The notes beneath the pieces are model-generated. The model was not told the origin of the DNA and searched no databases. It was given only the letters and a program-made list of their open reading frames with translations. DNA of 26,218 nucleotides, filler included, from an uncultured virus (IMG/VR IMGVR_UViG_2061766007_000564) (lineage: Duplodnaviria; Heunggongvirae; Uroviricota; Caudoviricetes). It is 2 parts of one record of this genome, joined end to end, with 100 filler letters (N's around TTAATTAATTAA, not from the genome) between each part and the next. Parts side by side here need not be neighbours in the genome. Positions count along the whole stretch, not along the records: positions 1 to 15,802 come from IMGVR_UViG_2061766007_000564; 1 more part is not named here. One strand, given 5' to 3'. Position numbers and translations under genes: made by a program. This document shows positions 1-10,300 of the stretch, one piece after another (position 1 is the first letter of the stretch; each line of letters opens with the position of its first letter).

Positions 1-120
1 CAGCCGTTCTACGATGCATTCCCGCCGGTAGAGACCGAGGACCCGGAATACGTACAGCAGGCACGTCGCGGAATGGGCATGCCCCCGCGCGGCGGCCGAC
101 CGATTGGCTTCGGGGACTAA
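1..120 (+). CDS. 3' end of a partial CDS (QPFYDAFPPVETEDPEYVQQARRGMGMPPRGGRPIGFGD*)
   Basis: Frame 1 is open from the window edge to TAA at 118-120 with GC3-rich codons like neighbouring genes. The RPIGF tail is not diagnostic. Confidence 0.55.
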   Translation, partial: QPFYDAFPPVETEDPEYVQQARRGMGMPPRGGRPIGFGD

Positions 121-132
121 TTTAGATACAGG

Positions 133-3100
133 TTGAACAGTTTAGAAGCGGTACAGAGAATGAACATGGACTACATGGATACACTGTCGCTCTTCGGCCT
201 CATACTTACTGAGGCGGAAGGCCAGGAAAACGCAAAGAAGGAAACTGACCTGGATAGGGCACGCCGCATCATCGAGGAACGGCTGTGTGACTACTTCACG
301 CTGGCGGGTTGCAAGATAGACGCCTCCGACAGGACCATACCCGACGCGAGACTTGACGGCAACACCGAGCCGCCTCCGGAAGGATACCGTCTTTCCGAAT
401 TCATAAGGCTGTGGATTACCAGCCGGCTCCTCCACCCGCCTTCAGAAGGCGGCTGGGGTATCGGCGACTCGAGACCGGCAATCGATAATCTCCGCACTAT
501 GCAGCAGAACAAGGGCGACAGGAGCCTCCGGGGCATCGGGTCGTCCGGAAACTCGCTTACCCCGGAATCACTGAAAAGTCCGGACAAGTATCCGGAACAG
601 CTCCGGAACTACATAGCCGCCCTGTCGGCCAAATACATGCTGGGCATGGTCCGCATCGGGATGGAGGAATGCGGACTGCTGCCATATACTCTGTACAACA
701 AGCGGGAAATCCTGGATTCCATCCTGCAGCCAGGGCATCCCATCAACGACGAAGGCACTCTGAAGTCGATGGTTCCGCCGGACTGGGACTTCGAGAAGCT
801 GTACCATCTTTCGCACATAATCATCCCGCAGTTCATACTGAAGCTGCTCATCGCGCCTTCCGCGCCGACGCCTAACTGCAACCCGGCACTGATTGCGCAG
901 AACGAGGCATATCTGGGCGACGACCTCAGGGTTATCCAGGCATACGTAACCCCGATAGATGACCTCCCGGAAATAAACGCCAACCTCCAGGTAAAGGGGT
1001 CCGCCAAGCCGGCCACGTACAACGACATGGCCAGGTACGCCGCCGCATGGAACTTCTCCGTTTCCGACATAAAGAAGAAGGCCTCGCATGACACCAACGG
1101 GCGCGAGCTTACCTACACCCCGCCCGACGACACGGAAATTCCGCAGGACCTGGGAACCGAATCCGAAGAAGACGACTCGTTGCACGTAACCTACGCGTCC
1201 GAGGCGGGAGACGACGGTACGCACCAATACAGGGACGCCTCCGGGCGCACCTGCCGCGAGTACCCGTCGCAGAGAGTGGGCGACTGGTACATAGTGGACG
1301 TGGACAACGACACCAGGCACCGGTCGCAGAACGTTTCCCTTCTCTCTAACGGATATACCGTACTGGAAGACGATTCGGGCGAACAGTACAAGTTCTGGTT
1401 CCAGGGAGGCCGTGGAAACTCCGTTGACAACAGCAACGGCCACAGAAACCGCGGCGTTTATCCATGGTGCTGGATATGGGGCCACTACAACGACTACTGC
1501 AAGGCGGAATACGGCGACCGCGGGTACATGATACTGAGCAAGCGCATATCCGACCCGGACATTATCCAGTACACCCCGAGGAACGGGCGCGACTCGGAAA
1601 ACAACGGTACGCCCTACGACTCATCCGCATTCGGTATCGTCGTCGCCGGCCCGGAGGACCCATACGGCATACCCGGGCTGGTAAAGCCTACCTGTATACA
1701 GGGAAGGAACGACATGACCGACGGCAGCTACCGCCCCGGCGACGAGGAGGCCATACACTACGACAGTTCACTTGTCCCCCACGGCGGCGAGATTCCGGGC
1801 CTAATCAAGTACGGCGGGTGGCTCGATGACGATAAACGGAAGGTCGCCGCGTGCATCAACAACTCCATCTTCTCGCTCGCCCTCATAGGAAAATGGGACG
1901 GCTCAATCAAGGTGTCCAACGGGAAGACCAACGTCCGTGAAGTGGAAATGTACCCTGACCGGATTTTGCCCCTCATGCAGAAATGGTTCCCGGTCGACAA
2001 GGGAGACTCCGGAACACGGGCCCTTACCCACGAAAAGAAAATAACCCTGAATACTATAGGCGACAAGGGTACGCTCGGCAAGATACTGGCGTCCTTCATT
2101 ACTAACGAAAATACCGATGAATCGCTCAGCAGCCTCCTGCTAAACGTATTCAAGATGGGAGACGGCAACGTATGGCACGTCCTGGACATAAAGAAGGATG
2201 ACGCCGGACGCGTAATCGGGTTCGTCCTGACGCACGCGGACGATGAATTCAGGCTTCGCACGGCACGCTCGGGAGGCAGGATAAACGAGTCCGGATACGA
2301 TAACGCCATCGGCAAACTGCCGGCGATGCTGTATACCCGCAACGACGACGGCAGGTTCATACCGTTGCCGGACGACGACCTCACCGTAGGCAAGGCGAAC
2401 CGGCTGCTCGAAATGTGGACACAGAACAGGGAAAGGTCGCTGAGTGAAAGGGTCGGCGACTGGACCGACGACGAACCGGCCGATGCGCAGGAAACCCAGG
2501 ATAGGCACCTTATATGGGCTCCCACCATGAAATCATCCGGCAAGAACAGGAAAATAGGCGTAGACTCTACCGGGGCAATCTGCATCAGCGGGCCCGAGAC
2601 CGGGAACGAGACCGTCGCCCTCTTCACTGACAAGACGGTCGCGGAATTCCTGGTGGCCCATACCCTCCGCGGTACCTATGTCACCACGGAAAATGGCGAC
2701 CACAACATCTGGATAACCTCAACCGGGGAAAACGGCGAGAGCGAGATGTACATCCTTTACGTAAGGAAGGGAAAGTGCAAGATGTTCATGGTGTCCGGCT
2801 CCGTGATAGGCAACGACACCCCCAACGCCATCCTGACCGACGGCAAGAGGGTAGTCCTCGGCAGCCTCCTCGGCGACCTCGCCAGGATGAACCGGCAGAA
2901 CAGCGACAGGTACACCCTGTTCCTCGACATGTCCAGCCTGGACGAGTCCGGACACGGTTCCATGGTTGACGGTGCCGGCATATACATAGCGGAGCTGCGC
3001 GAGATGGCCCAGACGTTCCACGGCTGCGTCGGCCTCGGCGTATCCAACGGACGTGTCGACTTCAACCAGGGGGAAGACAGCGTGGTCGGCGTCATGGACT

Positions 3101-3201
3101 GGTACAACGCGGACACGCTCGAGTTCGTCAGGACGACCGAGATTACCCTCGGGATGATACCGAAGGCACCTGGACGGCTACCCAGGGAAACAACCCTATA
3201 A
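133..3201 (+). CDS. Large hypothetical phage protein (~1010 aa), possibly virion/internal head protein
   Basis: 1022-codon ORF with strong GC3 bias, followed directly by a terminator hairpin. The true start is more likely ATG 160 or 166 than TTG 133. No recognisable catalytic motif; ILTEA near the N-terminus. Confidence 0.8.
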   Translation: MNSLEAVQRMNMDYMDTLSLFGLILTEAEGQENAKKETDLDRARRIIEERLCDYFTLAGCKIDASDRTIPDARLDGNTEPPPEGYRLSEFIRLWITSRLLHPPSEGGWGIGDSRPAIDNLRTMQQNKGDRSLRGIGSSGNSLTPESLKSPDKYPEQLRNYIAALSAKYMLGMVRIGMEECGLLPYTLYNKREILDSILQPGHPINDEGTLKSMVPPDWDFEKLYHLSHIIIPQFILKLLIAPSAPTPNCNPALIAQNEAYLGDDLRVIQAYVTPIDDLPEINANLQVKGSAKPATYNDMARYAAAWNFSVSDIKKKASHDTNGRELTYTPPDDTEIPQDLGTESEEDDSLHVTYASEAGDDGTHQYRDASGRTCREYPSQRVGDWYIVDVDNDTRHRSQNVSLLSNGYTVLEDDSGEQYKFWFQGGRGNSVDNSNGHRNRGVYPWCWIWGHYNDYCKAEYGDRGYMILSKRISDPDIIQYTPRNGRDSENNGTPYDSSAFGIVVAGPEDPYGIPGLVKPTCIQGRNDMTDGSYRPGDEEAIHYDSSLVPHGGEIPGLIKYGGWLDDDKRKVAACINNSIFSLALIGKWDGSIKVSNGKTNVREVEMYPDRILPLMQKWFPVDKGDSGTRALTHEKKITLNTIGDKGTLGKILASFITNENTDESLSSLLLNVFKMGDGNVWHVLDIKKDDAGRVIGFVLTHADDEFRLRTARSGGRINESGYDNAIGKLPAMLYTRNDDGRFIPLPDDDLTVGKANRLLEMWTQNRERSLSERVGDWTDDEPADAQETQDRHLIWAPTMKSSGKNRKIGVDSTGAICISGPETGNETVALFTDKTVAEFLVAHTLRGTYVTTENGDHNIWITSTGENGESEMYILYVRKGKCKMFMVSGSVIGNDTPNAILTDGKRVVLGSLLGDLARMNRQNSDRYTLFLDMSSLDESGHGSMVDGAGIYIAELREMAQTFHGCVGLGVSNGRVDFNQGEDSVVGVMDWYNADTLEFVRTTEITLGMIPKAPGRLPRETTL

Positions 3202-3229
3202 GAAAAGGCGGCCAGCTGGCCGCCTTTTC
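3202..3229. terminator. Bidirectional intrinsic terminator between convergent genes
   Basis: Perfect 28-bp palindrome GAAAAGGCGGCCAG/CTGGCCGCCTTTTC with A- and T-tracts, lying between the + strand stop at 3201 and the - strand stop at 3247. Confidence 0.85.
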
Positions 3230-3246
3230 CGTATCCCCTCGACATT

Positions 3247-4254
3247 CTACCATGGGTTGTCCGGCTTCTGTTCGCCGGATGCCTTCTGCATAGACCGGAA
3301 TATGCTCCCGGGTTCGGCTTGCTTCCCGCCGGCGAAGGGCATGAAGGGCTCGGCTTCCTCATCTTCCGGGATTTCGTTATCATCTTCCTTGATTTCCGAT
3401 GCGTTCTTCCCGAGGAAACCCTTGAGGAACTTCGGGTCCAGCCCTCCAATCACGTCGTCCAGCGACACGACCTCCACGTCGGCCGCCCCGGCGTCGTCCC
3501 CGCACATCCCGGCCATCGCCTCGGCGTAGTCAGCGTTGTACACGCAGCCCTCGTCCGGGTCGACGTCCATCACGGACTCGGAAATCCCGGTGACCTCGGC
3601 CACCGTGCGGTACTTCCTGCAGTCCTTGACCCCGTTCCTTTCCAGGATTGCGTAGTCCTCGTCGTCGAGCTTCCTGGAGAAGTCGAGCCCGCGCCTTGCG
3701 ATAATCTCGCCGCCGGCCCTGGCGATGCGGTCTGCCTCCATGTCCTTATCCATGAGGCTGTCGTGGAGCTTCGGGTTGAACTCCTTGAGCACGTCGGTCA
3801 TGCTGATTGAGGTGGCGTCCGTCACGCCGAACCTGTCGAGGAACCTCGGGTACTTCGGGAGGGTCCCCATCTTCTCCGTGCCGTCCTTGAACGACTTGTA
3901 CCAGAACGGGATTACCGAGGTGTACTCGGCGAGCCTTTCCGGGCGGACGCCGTTGCCGTCGACCACGTCGTCGAACTCGTCGTAGTCCGGGACGGTAAGG
4001 CGCTTGGCCTGTTCCCTGGTCAGCTTGCTGTTGATTAGCCCGACCTTGGACGTGTCGCCCTTGATGTCAGACTCCACCTTCTTCTCTTCCGGGGTGTCTT
4101 CCGTGGTTTCCGTGGTTTCCGTGGTTTCCGGGGTTTCTTCCTTCTTCTCCGGCTGCACGCCGTCCACCTCGGCCGTCCATGCGCCGATGTCCTCGGCCTC
4201 CTTCTCGAAAGCCCGGTACGCCTCCTCGGCGGTTTCCTTGTCCAAATCTGCCAT
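3247..4254 (-). CDS. Acidic hypothetical protein (335 aa)
   Basis: ORF with phage-like codon bias, GGAG upstream of ATG 4254, D/E-rich termini; ends at the shared terminator. Confidence 0.8.
   Translation of the reverse strand: MADLDKETAEEAYRAFEKEAEDIGAWTAEVDGVQPEKKEETPETTETTETTEDTPEEKKVESDIKGDTSKVGLINSKLTREQAKRLTVPDYDEFDDVVDGNGVRPERLAEYTSVIPFWYKSFKDGTEKMGTLPKYPRFLDRFGVTDATSISMTDVLKEFNPKLHDSLMDKDMEADRIARAGGEIIARRGLDFSRKLDDEDYAILERNGVKDCRKYRTVAEVTGISESVMDVDPDEGCVYNADYAEAMAGMCGDDAGAADVEVVSLDDVIGGLDPKFLKGFLGKNASEIKEDDNEIPEDEEAEPFMPFAGGKQAEPGSIFRSMQKASGEQKPDNPW
4099..4137. repeat. 9-bp in-frame tandem repeat (TTCCGTGGT x3 plus a degenerate copy) encoding ETP-ETT-ETT-ETT
   Basis: Read directly: ttccgtggt ttccgtggt ttccgtggt ttccggggt ttc. 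Confidence 0.85.
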
Positions 4255-4294
4255 CTCGGGGTCTCCGTAGTTTTTCCCTGACAGAAACTACAAC

Positions 4295-4320
4295 AAAAAT
4301 CCCCGGGGAAACCCCGGGGA
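4295..4320 (-). terminator. Intrinsic terminator after the 4346-5386 gene
   Basis: Minus strand reads TCCCCGGGG-TTT-CCCCGGGGA-TTTTTG, about 25 nt past the stop. Confidence 0.8.
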
Positions 4321-4345
4321 CTCCAAAAAGTGGAACTGTCCGGTA

Positions 4346-5386
4346 CTACCTGGACATCAGGACGTGGTTCCTGGAGCCGACACCGCCGTTTTCGGTGGTC
4401 ATCGTCCCGTAGCCGTTGTCGCTGAGAATCATGTCGGCGAGCTGGTCGTAGTCGACGTCATCCGGGGCGGAGAAGTCCTCTGAGTAGTCGGATACGCCCG
4501 GGGCTGTCCTGGGAGCGACGTCGAGGTCGTCGTTATCGGCGAAGATGTCGTCGACGGGAGCGCCGTAGTCGTCGTCGAGCTCGTAATCCTCGGTATCGTC
4601 GAGACCGAAACCGGGCGTAGTGGAGTTGATTGAGTCGACCTTGGGTTTCCCGGCGTTTGCCTTCTTCCCGCAGCAGCATTCCTCGAAGTTCAGTTCCTCG
4701 AGCTCGCCGTCGGCATCATAGGTGTTGTCGACATCGGATACGCCGTTGATGTTGTCCGGGTCTTCCAGGTACTTCGAATTGATTTTGTCCGCCTTGGTAT
4801 AGAGGTGCGGGCAGTTGTCCTCCGGATGGAACTTCGACGTGCCGTAGTTGTTCAGCTTGGCCTCGGTCAGCTTCTTATTCTCGCCTTCCGGCTTTTCCTG
4901 TTCGTCTTCGTCTTCGTCGGATTCGACGCATTCGCCGTCCTGGCATTCCTCGCCTTCGGGACATTCGTCGTCATCCTGGCATTCCTCGCACTCGCCATCC
5001 TCGCAGGTGCCGTCTTCGTATTCGTCGGTGTCGCCTCCGGCGTCGTTCATAGCGCCCTTGATGACATCCGCTGCGCCGGAGAGGTCGCCGCTGTTGATTT
5101 TCTCGTCAAGCGCGGAGCACACGCAGCCGAGGAACTGCTGTTCTTCCTCGTCCAGGTGAGGCAGGAAGCCGCCCACCAGGCCCTTGAACGCCGTCTCGAA
5201 GTCGCCGAGGGAAAGGCCGCCGGCAGACTCGGTCATCGCCTTCTTCGGGCGGATGTAGCCTTCCTTGACCGCAAAGCGGTACTTGAAACGGTCGATAGAA
5301 TCGTTGTTTGCGCCGTTCTTCAGGGAATCGGCGAAATTCATGTATGCCTCGAAGGCCGCCGGGCCGAGAGTACGCTTTGGTTTCAT
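4346..5386 (-). CDS. Highly acidic, Cys-patch hypothetical protein (~346 aa); candidate prohead core/scaffold-like protein
   Basis: ORF 4346-5479 with start reassigned to ATG 5386 (AAGGA 7 nt upstream, downstream of an ATAAACT motif). Very D/E-rich, with CEDGECEECQDDDECPEGEECQDGEC. Function is inference only. Confidence 0.75.
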   Translation of the reverse strand: MKPKRTLGPAAFEAYMNFADSLKNGANNDSIDRFKYRFAVKEGYIRPKKAMTESAGGLSLGDFETAFKGLVGGFLPHLDEEEQQFLGCVCSALDEKINSGDLSGAADVIKGAMNDAGGDTDEYEDGTCEDGECEECQDDDECPEGEECQDGECVESDEDEDEQEKPEGENKKLTEAKLNNYGTSKFHPEDNCPHLYTKADKINSKYLEDPDNINGVSDVDNTYDADGELEELNFEECCCGKKANAGKPKVDSINSTTPGFGLDDTEDYELDDDYGAPVDDIFADNDDLDVAPRTAPGVSDYSEDFSAPDDVDYDQLADMILSDNGYGTMTTENGGVGSRNHVLMSR

Positions 5387-5426
5387 TGACATATCCTTAT
5401 ACCTCACGTGGTACATTTTTATCCCA

Positions 5427-5433
5427 AGTTTAT
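5427..5433 (-). promoter_or_regulatory. ATAAACT promoter-like motif (leftward of a divergent pair)
   Basis: AGTTTAT on + is ATAAACT on -, 40 nt upstream of ATG 5386; the same heptamer occurs at 4 other intergenic sites. Confidence 0.6.
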
Positions 5434-5483
5434 ACCGTGCGCCCCGAAATTTTTGCCCGGAAAATCCTGGGCGTGCCATTCAC

Positions 5484-5490
5484 ATAAACT
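5484..5490 (+). promoter_or_regulatory. ATAAACT promoter-like motif heading the fibre cluster
   Basis: Intergenic, upstream of AGGAG (5500-5504) and ATG 5512. Confidence 0.6.
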
Positions 5491-5511
5491 ATGGATTACA
5501 GGAGTTTTACC

Positions 5512-5844
5512 ATGGCCACCGAGTACCACGTAGTAACATTGCCCAACAAGTCGAAGGTTCCCGTAAGGGACCACTATCTCAGGGACGGACGGACGTTTTC
5601 CGCCACTGGGGACGTACTGGCTTCCGAAGTCCGGTTCGACGGTACCGGGAATGTCCAGCTGAACACGAAACTGGCCGACGGCGTCATCCAGGTAAACAAC
5701 ATCAGCAACACATCCATAGCCAACAACATAAGCCAATCCAGTTCCACAGACAACCGCCTGGTGTCCGCCGGGGCGGTCGTGCAGGAACTGGAGAAGATTC
5801 AGCCGCTTCCTTGGGAAACGATAGATACCTTGTTTGACTGGTAA
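5512..5844 (+). CDS. Small phage fibre-type protein (110 aa)
   Basis: AGGAG before ATG 5512. Contains LRDGRTFSATGDVLASEVRFDGTGNVQL, resembling the 'RTIxLxGDxxGSxxFDGSxNV' tail-fibre shaft motif; ends LPWETIDTLFDW. Confidence 0.7.
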   Translation: MATEYHVVTLPNKSKVPVRDHYLRDGRTFSATGDVLASEVRFDGTGNVQLNTKLADGVIQVNNISNTSIANNISQSSSTDNRLVSAGAVVQELEKIQPLPWETIDTLFDW

Positions 5845-5860
5845 ATAATCGGCATATATG

Positions 5861-5867
5861 ATAAACT
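5861..5867 (+). promoter_or_regulatory. ATAAACT motif 7 nt before ATG 5875 (possible leaderless transcript)
   Basis: ATAAACT-CCGTGAT-ATG with no Shine-Dalgarno in between. Confidence 0.55.
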
Positions 5868-5874
5868 CCGTGAT

Positions 5875-6288
5875 ATGAGCGCAACTACGCAATACAGGGA
5901 GTTTGTCGATTTTCCGGGCCTGTCACACTTCTGGGACAAGGCCAAGTCCTACCTGCATACCCAGGTAACCGCACGGAAGCGCAATGACGCCTATGTCCCG
6001 GACCGGAGCTACCAGGAATTGGTGACCTTCATCGAAAAGGATGCCCCGGTCTACCCGACATTGAGGGTCGTCGACGGGAATTCGATAACGCAATACCCGC
6101 TGTACAGTTTCACGGACGGCATTTTCACGTTCCGCGGCATACCGGAAATGACCGCAGACCCGGAATACGGCATGCTAGGCGGCGTATCAACAAAGGAATT
6201 CACTTACGGACCGAGCGGTTTCCATGAAACCACACAGGAACTATCGGTACAGCCGGTGTCTCTCGGCACAATAGAGATAGGAGAATAA
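5875..6288 (+). CDS. Small fibre-associated/adaptor protein (137 aa)
   Basis: N-terminal FVDFPGLSHFWDKAK resembles the 'LDxxGLxxxWxKIK' start seen in many phage fibre-cluster proteins; tightly packed in the operon. Confidence 0.75.
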   Translation: MSATTQYREFVDFPGLSHFWDKAKSYLHTQVTARKRNDAYVPDRSYQELVTFIEKDAPVYPTLRVVDGNSITQYPLYSFTDGIFTFRGIPEMTADPEYGMLGGVSTKEFTYGPSGFHETTQELSVQPVSLGTIEIGE

Positions 6289-6289
6289 C

Positions 6290-7042
6290 ATGGCCACATA
6301 CATTCATCAAATCAATGGCTTACCGATTGCTGCTTCCGAAGCAGTTCCGGGGTCGCCGCTTGCCGACGCACTGGACGCCATTTCCGCCGGCGCATTCCGT
6401 ATCGCCCAGCTCACTACAGGCGAGAATCCCGTACCTGACGTCCCCATTCCATCGCCAAAAATCATCTACCTCACCAAGGATGAGAGCTCTACGGCGACTG
6501 ACCCGTATACAGAATGGATTTGGACCCAGGGTGACCCAACAGTCACCCCGCCAACTTCCGACAAGTGGGTCATTATCGGCACCACGTCTATTGCACTGGA
6601 GGACCTGGATTCCACGGTAGATTCCGGCCAGGACAACCACATTGAAATAGAAATCGTCGAGACTAACGGTAAGCTCGCATCGGTAACCGTCGTGCGTGAT
6701 GACACGGAAACCGTAGATAACAAGATTGCTGCATGGGGCACGCCGACCGATACACAGTATCCTAGCGCCAAGCTGACAAAGGACACCCTTGACACGAAGG
6801 CCGACAAGGTAACTGTTCCGGCCGGCTCCGACCCAAGCGGGCACATTCCGGAACTTGACGAACACGGCAATCTTGAGGATTCCGGCATCGAAGCGGCCAA
6901 TTTGGTCACCGACGTGACTGTCAACAGCGAAAGCGTCGTCGACAGGCAAACGAAAACCGCCGTGATACCGACCGCCGCACCCGGTGCAAACGGGGCTCCC
7001 GGCAACTACGGCGTTGTCACTATAGCAACAATGGAAATTTAA
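6290..7042 (+). CDS. Fibre-associated protein (250 aa) sharing modules with long fibre A
   Basis: AGGAG RBS. LDSTVDSGQDNHIEIEIVETNGKL...TQYPSAKLTKDTLDTKA matches LDATVTSSDGTNVQVKVTEADGKV...TKYPSEKLVKASLDGKA in fibre A; KADKV...LDEHGNLEDSG matches KADKV...LDGNGNLVDSG. Confidence 0.8.
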   Translation: MATYIHQINGLPIAASEAVPGSPLADALDAISAGAFRIAQLTTGENPVPDVPIPSPKIIYLTKDESSTATDPYTEWIWTQGDPTVTPPTSDKWVIIGTTSIALEDLDSTVDSGQDNHIEIEIVETNGKLASVTVVRDDTETVDNKIAAWGTPTDTQYPSAKLTKDTLDTKADKVTVPAGSDPSGHIPELDEHGNLEDSGIEAANLVTDVTVNSESVVDRQTKTAVIPTAAPGANGAPGNYGVVTIATMEI

Positions 7043-7056
7043 TGGGAGGATGACTG

Positions 7057-7302
7057 ATGCCCGAACAGACTGAACATGTATACCTGGTTAACGGGAAGCC
7101 CCTGGCGGCTTCCAACGTGGTACCGGATTCGGCACTGTCCGATGTTCTCGACTCGAAGGCGGACGTAGCCGACCTTAACGCATTCGTGACCGACGTAAAG
7201 GATGCCGGTGGAACTAGTCTCGTAGACCAAAATACGCACGAAGCAAAAATAAACGAAACCACCGACGAAGAAATTAGCGGCATACTGGCCGCCCTAAATT
7301 AG
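7057..7302 (+). CDS. Small fibre adaptor protein (81 aa), N-terminus paralogous to 6290-7042
   Basis: GGAGG RBS. VYLVNGKPLAASNVVPDSALSDVLD aligns with IHQINGLPIAASEAVPGSPLADALD; ends TTDEEISGILAALN. Confidence 0.75.
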   Translation: MPEQTEHVYLVNGKPLAASNVVPDSALSDVLDSKADVADLNAFVTDVKDAGGTSLVDQNTHEAKINETTDEEISGILAALN

Positions 7303-7317
7303 GCAGGAGTGAAAAAA

Positions 7318-10300
7318 ATGGCTGACCCGGTATTACCCACCTCGACCAACAACGTAACCACCAGGAAACTGGCAGCGACCATACAGGGTGTATGGGAAAA
7401 AATTGACACCAAGAAGGCTGACAAGGTCTCCCAGGCTACCAGCGGGAACTACGCGTCCCTCGACGGTAACGGGAACCTGGTTGACTCCGGGCATAAGCAT
7501 ACGGACTATGCCTCCTCGACACAGGGCGGCAAGGCCGATACCGCCGTGCAAAGCGTCAAGATGGGTTCGAGCTCCGGTACCGAGCTCAAGTCCGGCACCA
7601 ACGTGGTGATTCCCGCAGCCGTGGCCACCGGTACATCCGGGGCAACCAGCGGCGTGATGACTTCCGATGACAAGAAGAAGCTCAACGAAATCGCCGCCGG
7701 CGCCGAAGTCAACCAGAACGCGTTCAGTAACGTCGTCGTTGGCAGTACGACCATCGCCGCCGATTCCAAGACCGACTCGCTCACGCTCGCCCAGGGTACG
7801 CACATCACCCTTACCCCGAGTTCAGCAGACGACAAGGTAACCATCGCTACCGACCTCTCCAGCAAGAGCGCCACGTCCGGCGGCGCAGAGGAATCTCTTG
7901 TCACCACCGGTGAAAAGTATACCTGGAATTCCAAGCAGGACACCGTTGTATGGCACGATACCTACAACGCCTCTTCAAACAAGGGTGCGACCAAGAAAAC
8001 CGTCGATGATGCAATCGCCGCATTGGATGTATCCAGCATTACCTCAACCCTTGGCGTAAGCAAGACAATTACCGAGCTCTCCGAAACAGACGGTAAAATT
8101 GCGGCAACCGCAAGTCCAATACAGATTGCCGAAAGCCAGGTCACTAACCTGACTAACGACCTTGCCTCGAAGGCACCCCTGGACTCCCCGGCCCTGACCG
8201 GGACACCTACGGCGCCGACGGCAACAGCGGGCACCAACACAACCCAAATCGCCACGACCGCATTTGTCGTAACCGAAATCGAAGACCGTATCGGTTCATC
8301 CGACGCCCTGGTGTACAAGGGAACTATTACGCTTGGTACAACTGCCCCGGGTGCATTTACCGGCGCGGCGGATGCCGGGTGGATGTACAAGGTAGTTGCT
8401 AACGGAACTACGAAACACGGTTACGTTGACGGCGTTGCTGTGGAAGTCGGCGACATGCTCATCTGTAATACCGACGGTACCGCAGCGGCAACATCCAGTA
8501 ACTACCAAACAATTGTAGCGAAGTGGGACTTCATCCAGACAAACCTCGATGGCGTCGTAACAGGGCCAAACAGTGCCACAGCAGCAAGCGTTGCCGGATT
8601 CTCGGATACGACCGGAAAGGTTATTAAGCAACTGTCTGCAACCGAAATAAAGACCGCTGCCGGTCTGGATAAGGTAAAGAACCAGGCAATCACAGTTACT
8701 AGCACAAGCGTATCCGACGGAACCAATACGTTCAATAAGTACGAACACCCGACGACCACGGCAGTCTCGGCCGCCGCAGTCAAGGTAGGTAACGACGCTA
8801 CCGGTCACGTAGTCCTCGGCGCAGCACTTACGAAATCCGATGTCGGCCTCGGCAACGTCGTCAATACGGGCGACAGTGCAACACCAGTTTCTGGCGGAAC
8901 TACCAAGTTCACGACCGGCGGTGCGTACACCGAACTCAACAAGAAAGTCGATAAGGTTGACGGGAAGGGTCTTTCCACCAATGACTACACCACGGCCGAG
9001 AAGACCAAGCTCGCCGGTATCGCCGAAGGCGCGGAAGTCAACCAGAACGCCTTCAGCAACGTGAAGGTGGGCAGCACAACCGTAGCAGCCGATACCAAGA
9101 CGGATACTGTTGAATTCGTCGGTAGCGGTCATGTCACAATCACCGGCGATGCAACTAACGACAAGGTTACGTTCGCTACCGACCTTGAAAGCAAATCGGC
9201 CGCATCCGGCGGTACCGATGTGTCTCTGGTGACGACAGGCGAAAAGTATACCTGGAACAGCAAGGCCGGCGGCACCCATGCACATGGTAACATTACCAAT
9301 GACGGTAAAGTCGGGTCTACAGCCGATTACTCATTGGTTACCACTACCGGGGGTGCAGTAACCGCAGTAAGCATGGCTGTTTCATCGCCTACCGCATCGG
9401 GAAATACCCTGTCATTCATTGACACCGTATCGCAATCCAGCAATGGAAAGATTTCCGCAACCAAGAAATCCGTCACGGTCGACTCGACTTACTCATCCAC
9501 CGGCACCAACCCGGTGAACGGCACTGCCGTTAAGGCAGCTATCGACACTTTGGATGCAACCGTAACCAGTTCAGACGGAACAAACGTCCAGGTGAAGGTT
9601 ACCGAGGCTGACGGCAAGGTAACCGCAGTGAATATCACTACGGATAATACCGAAAACAAGAACAACAAGGTCACCTCTTGGTCAGCAACCACATCCGATA
9701 CTAAGTACCCGTCGGAAAAACTGGTGAAAGCCTCGCTTGATGGAAAGGCTGCCTCCAGCCATGCTCACGGGAACATCACCAACGACGGCAAGATTACCTC
9801 CGACACGGCCATCGCCAACGGCACGAAGCTCGCCACGGTGGGGACCGACAACAAGGTCGCCCGCTCCCCGATAACATTCGACGGGTCCACAACGACCACA
9901 GCCCTCACCCCGAAGGGGACGTTCGAGTCGTTCGCCAAACAGGCCGACATCGACGAGGCAATCGAGGATATCCCGAGTATCAGCCTCGTGGGCGACAACC
10001 ACATCACGGTCACCTCCGACGATACCACCGGTACTGTCACTGTTGCTACCGACATCGCCTCCCAGACGGCCTACACGGCCAAGGGAAGCGCCACCAAGGT
10101 TCCGCAGATTACAACCAACTCCCTCGGCCAGGTGACCGGCATCACCGAAGTAGCAATCTCCGGTGTAACACCAGCGTCCCACACGCATGGCAATATCGCC
10201 AATGACGGTACGTTAACCGATACTGCGGCTGCGGCAGCCGGAAACGACTATGTTGTCATAAGGGATGCGGATAATGCGAAAATCCAGACCTCGACGATTA

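Noticed and set aside
7057..7320. Amber read-through or TAG recoding fusing the 81-aa ORF to fibre A (in frame, single TAG at 7300)
   Set aside because: Fibre A has its own AGGAG and ATG. TAG ends several genes directly before terminators (3247, 4346, 12560, 19052, 22577), and long genes have no internal TAG, so the standard code fits.
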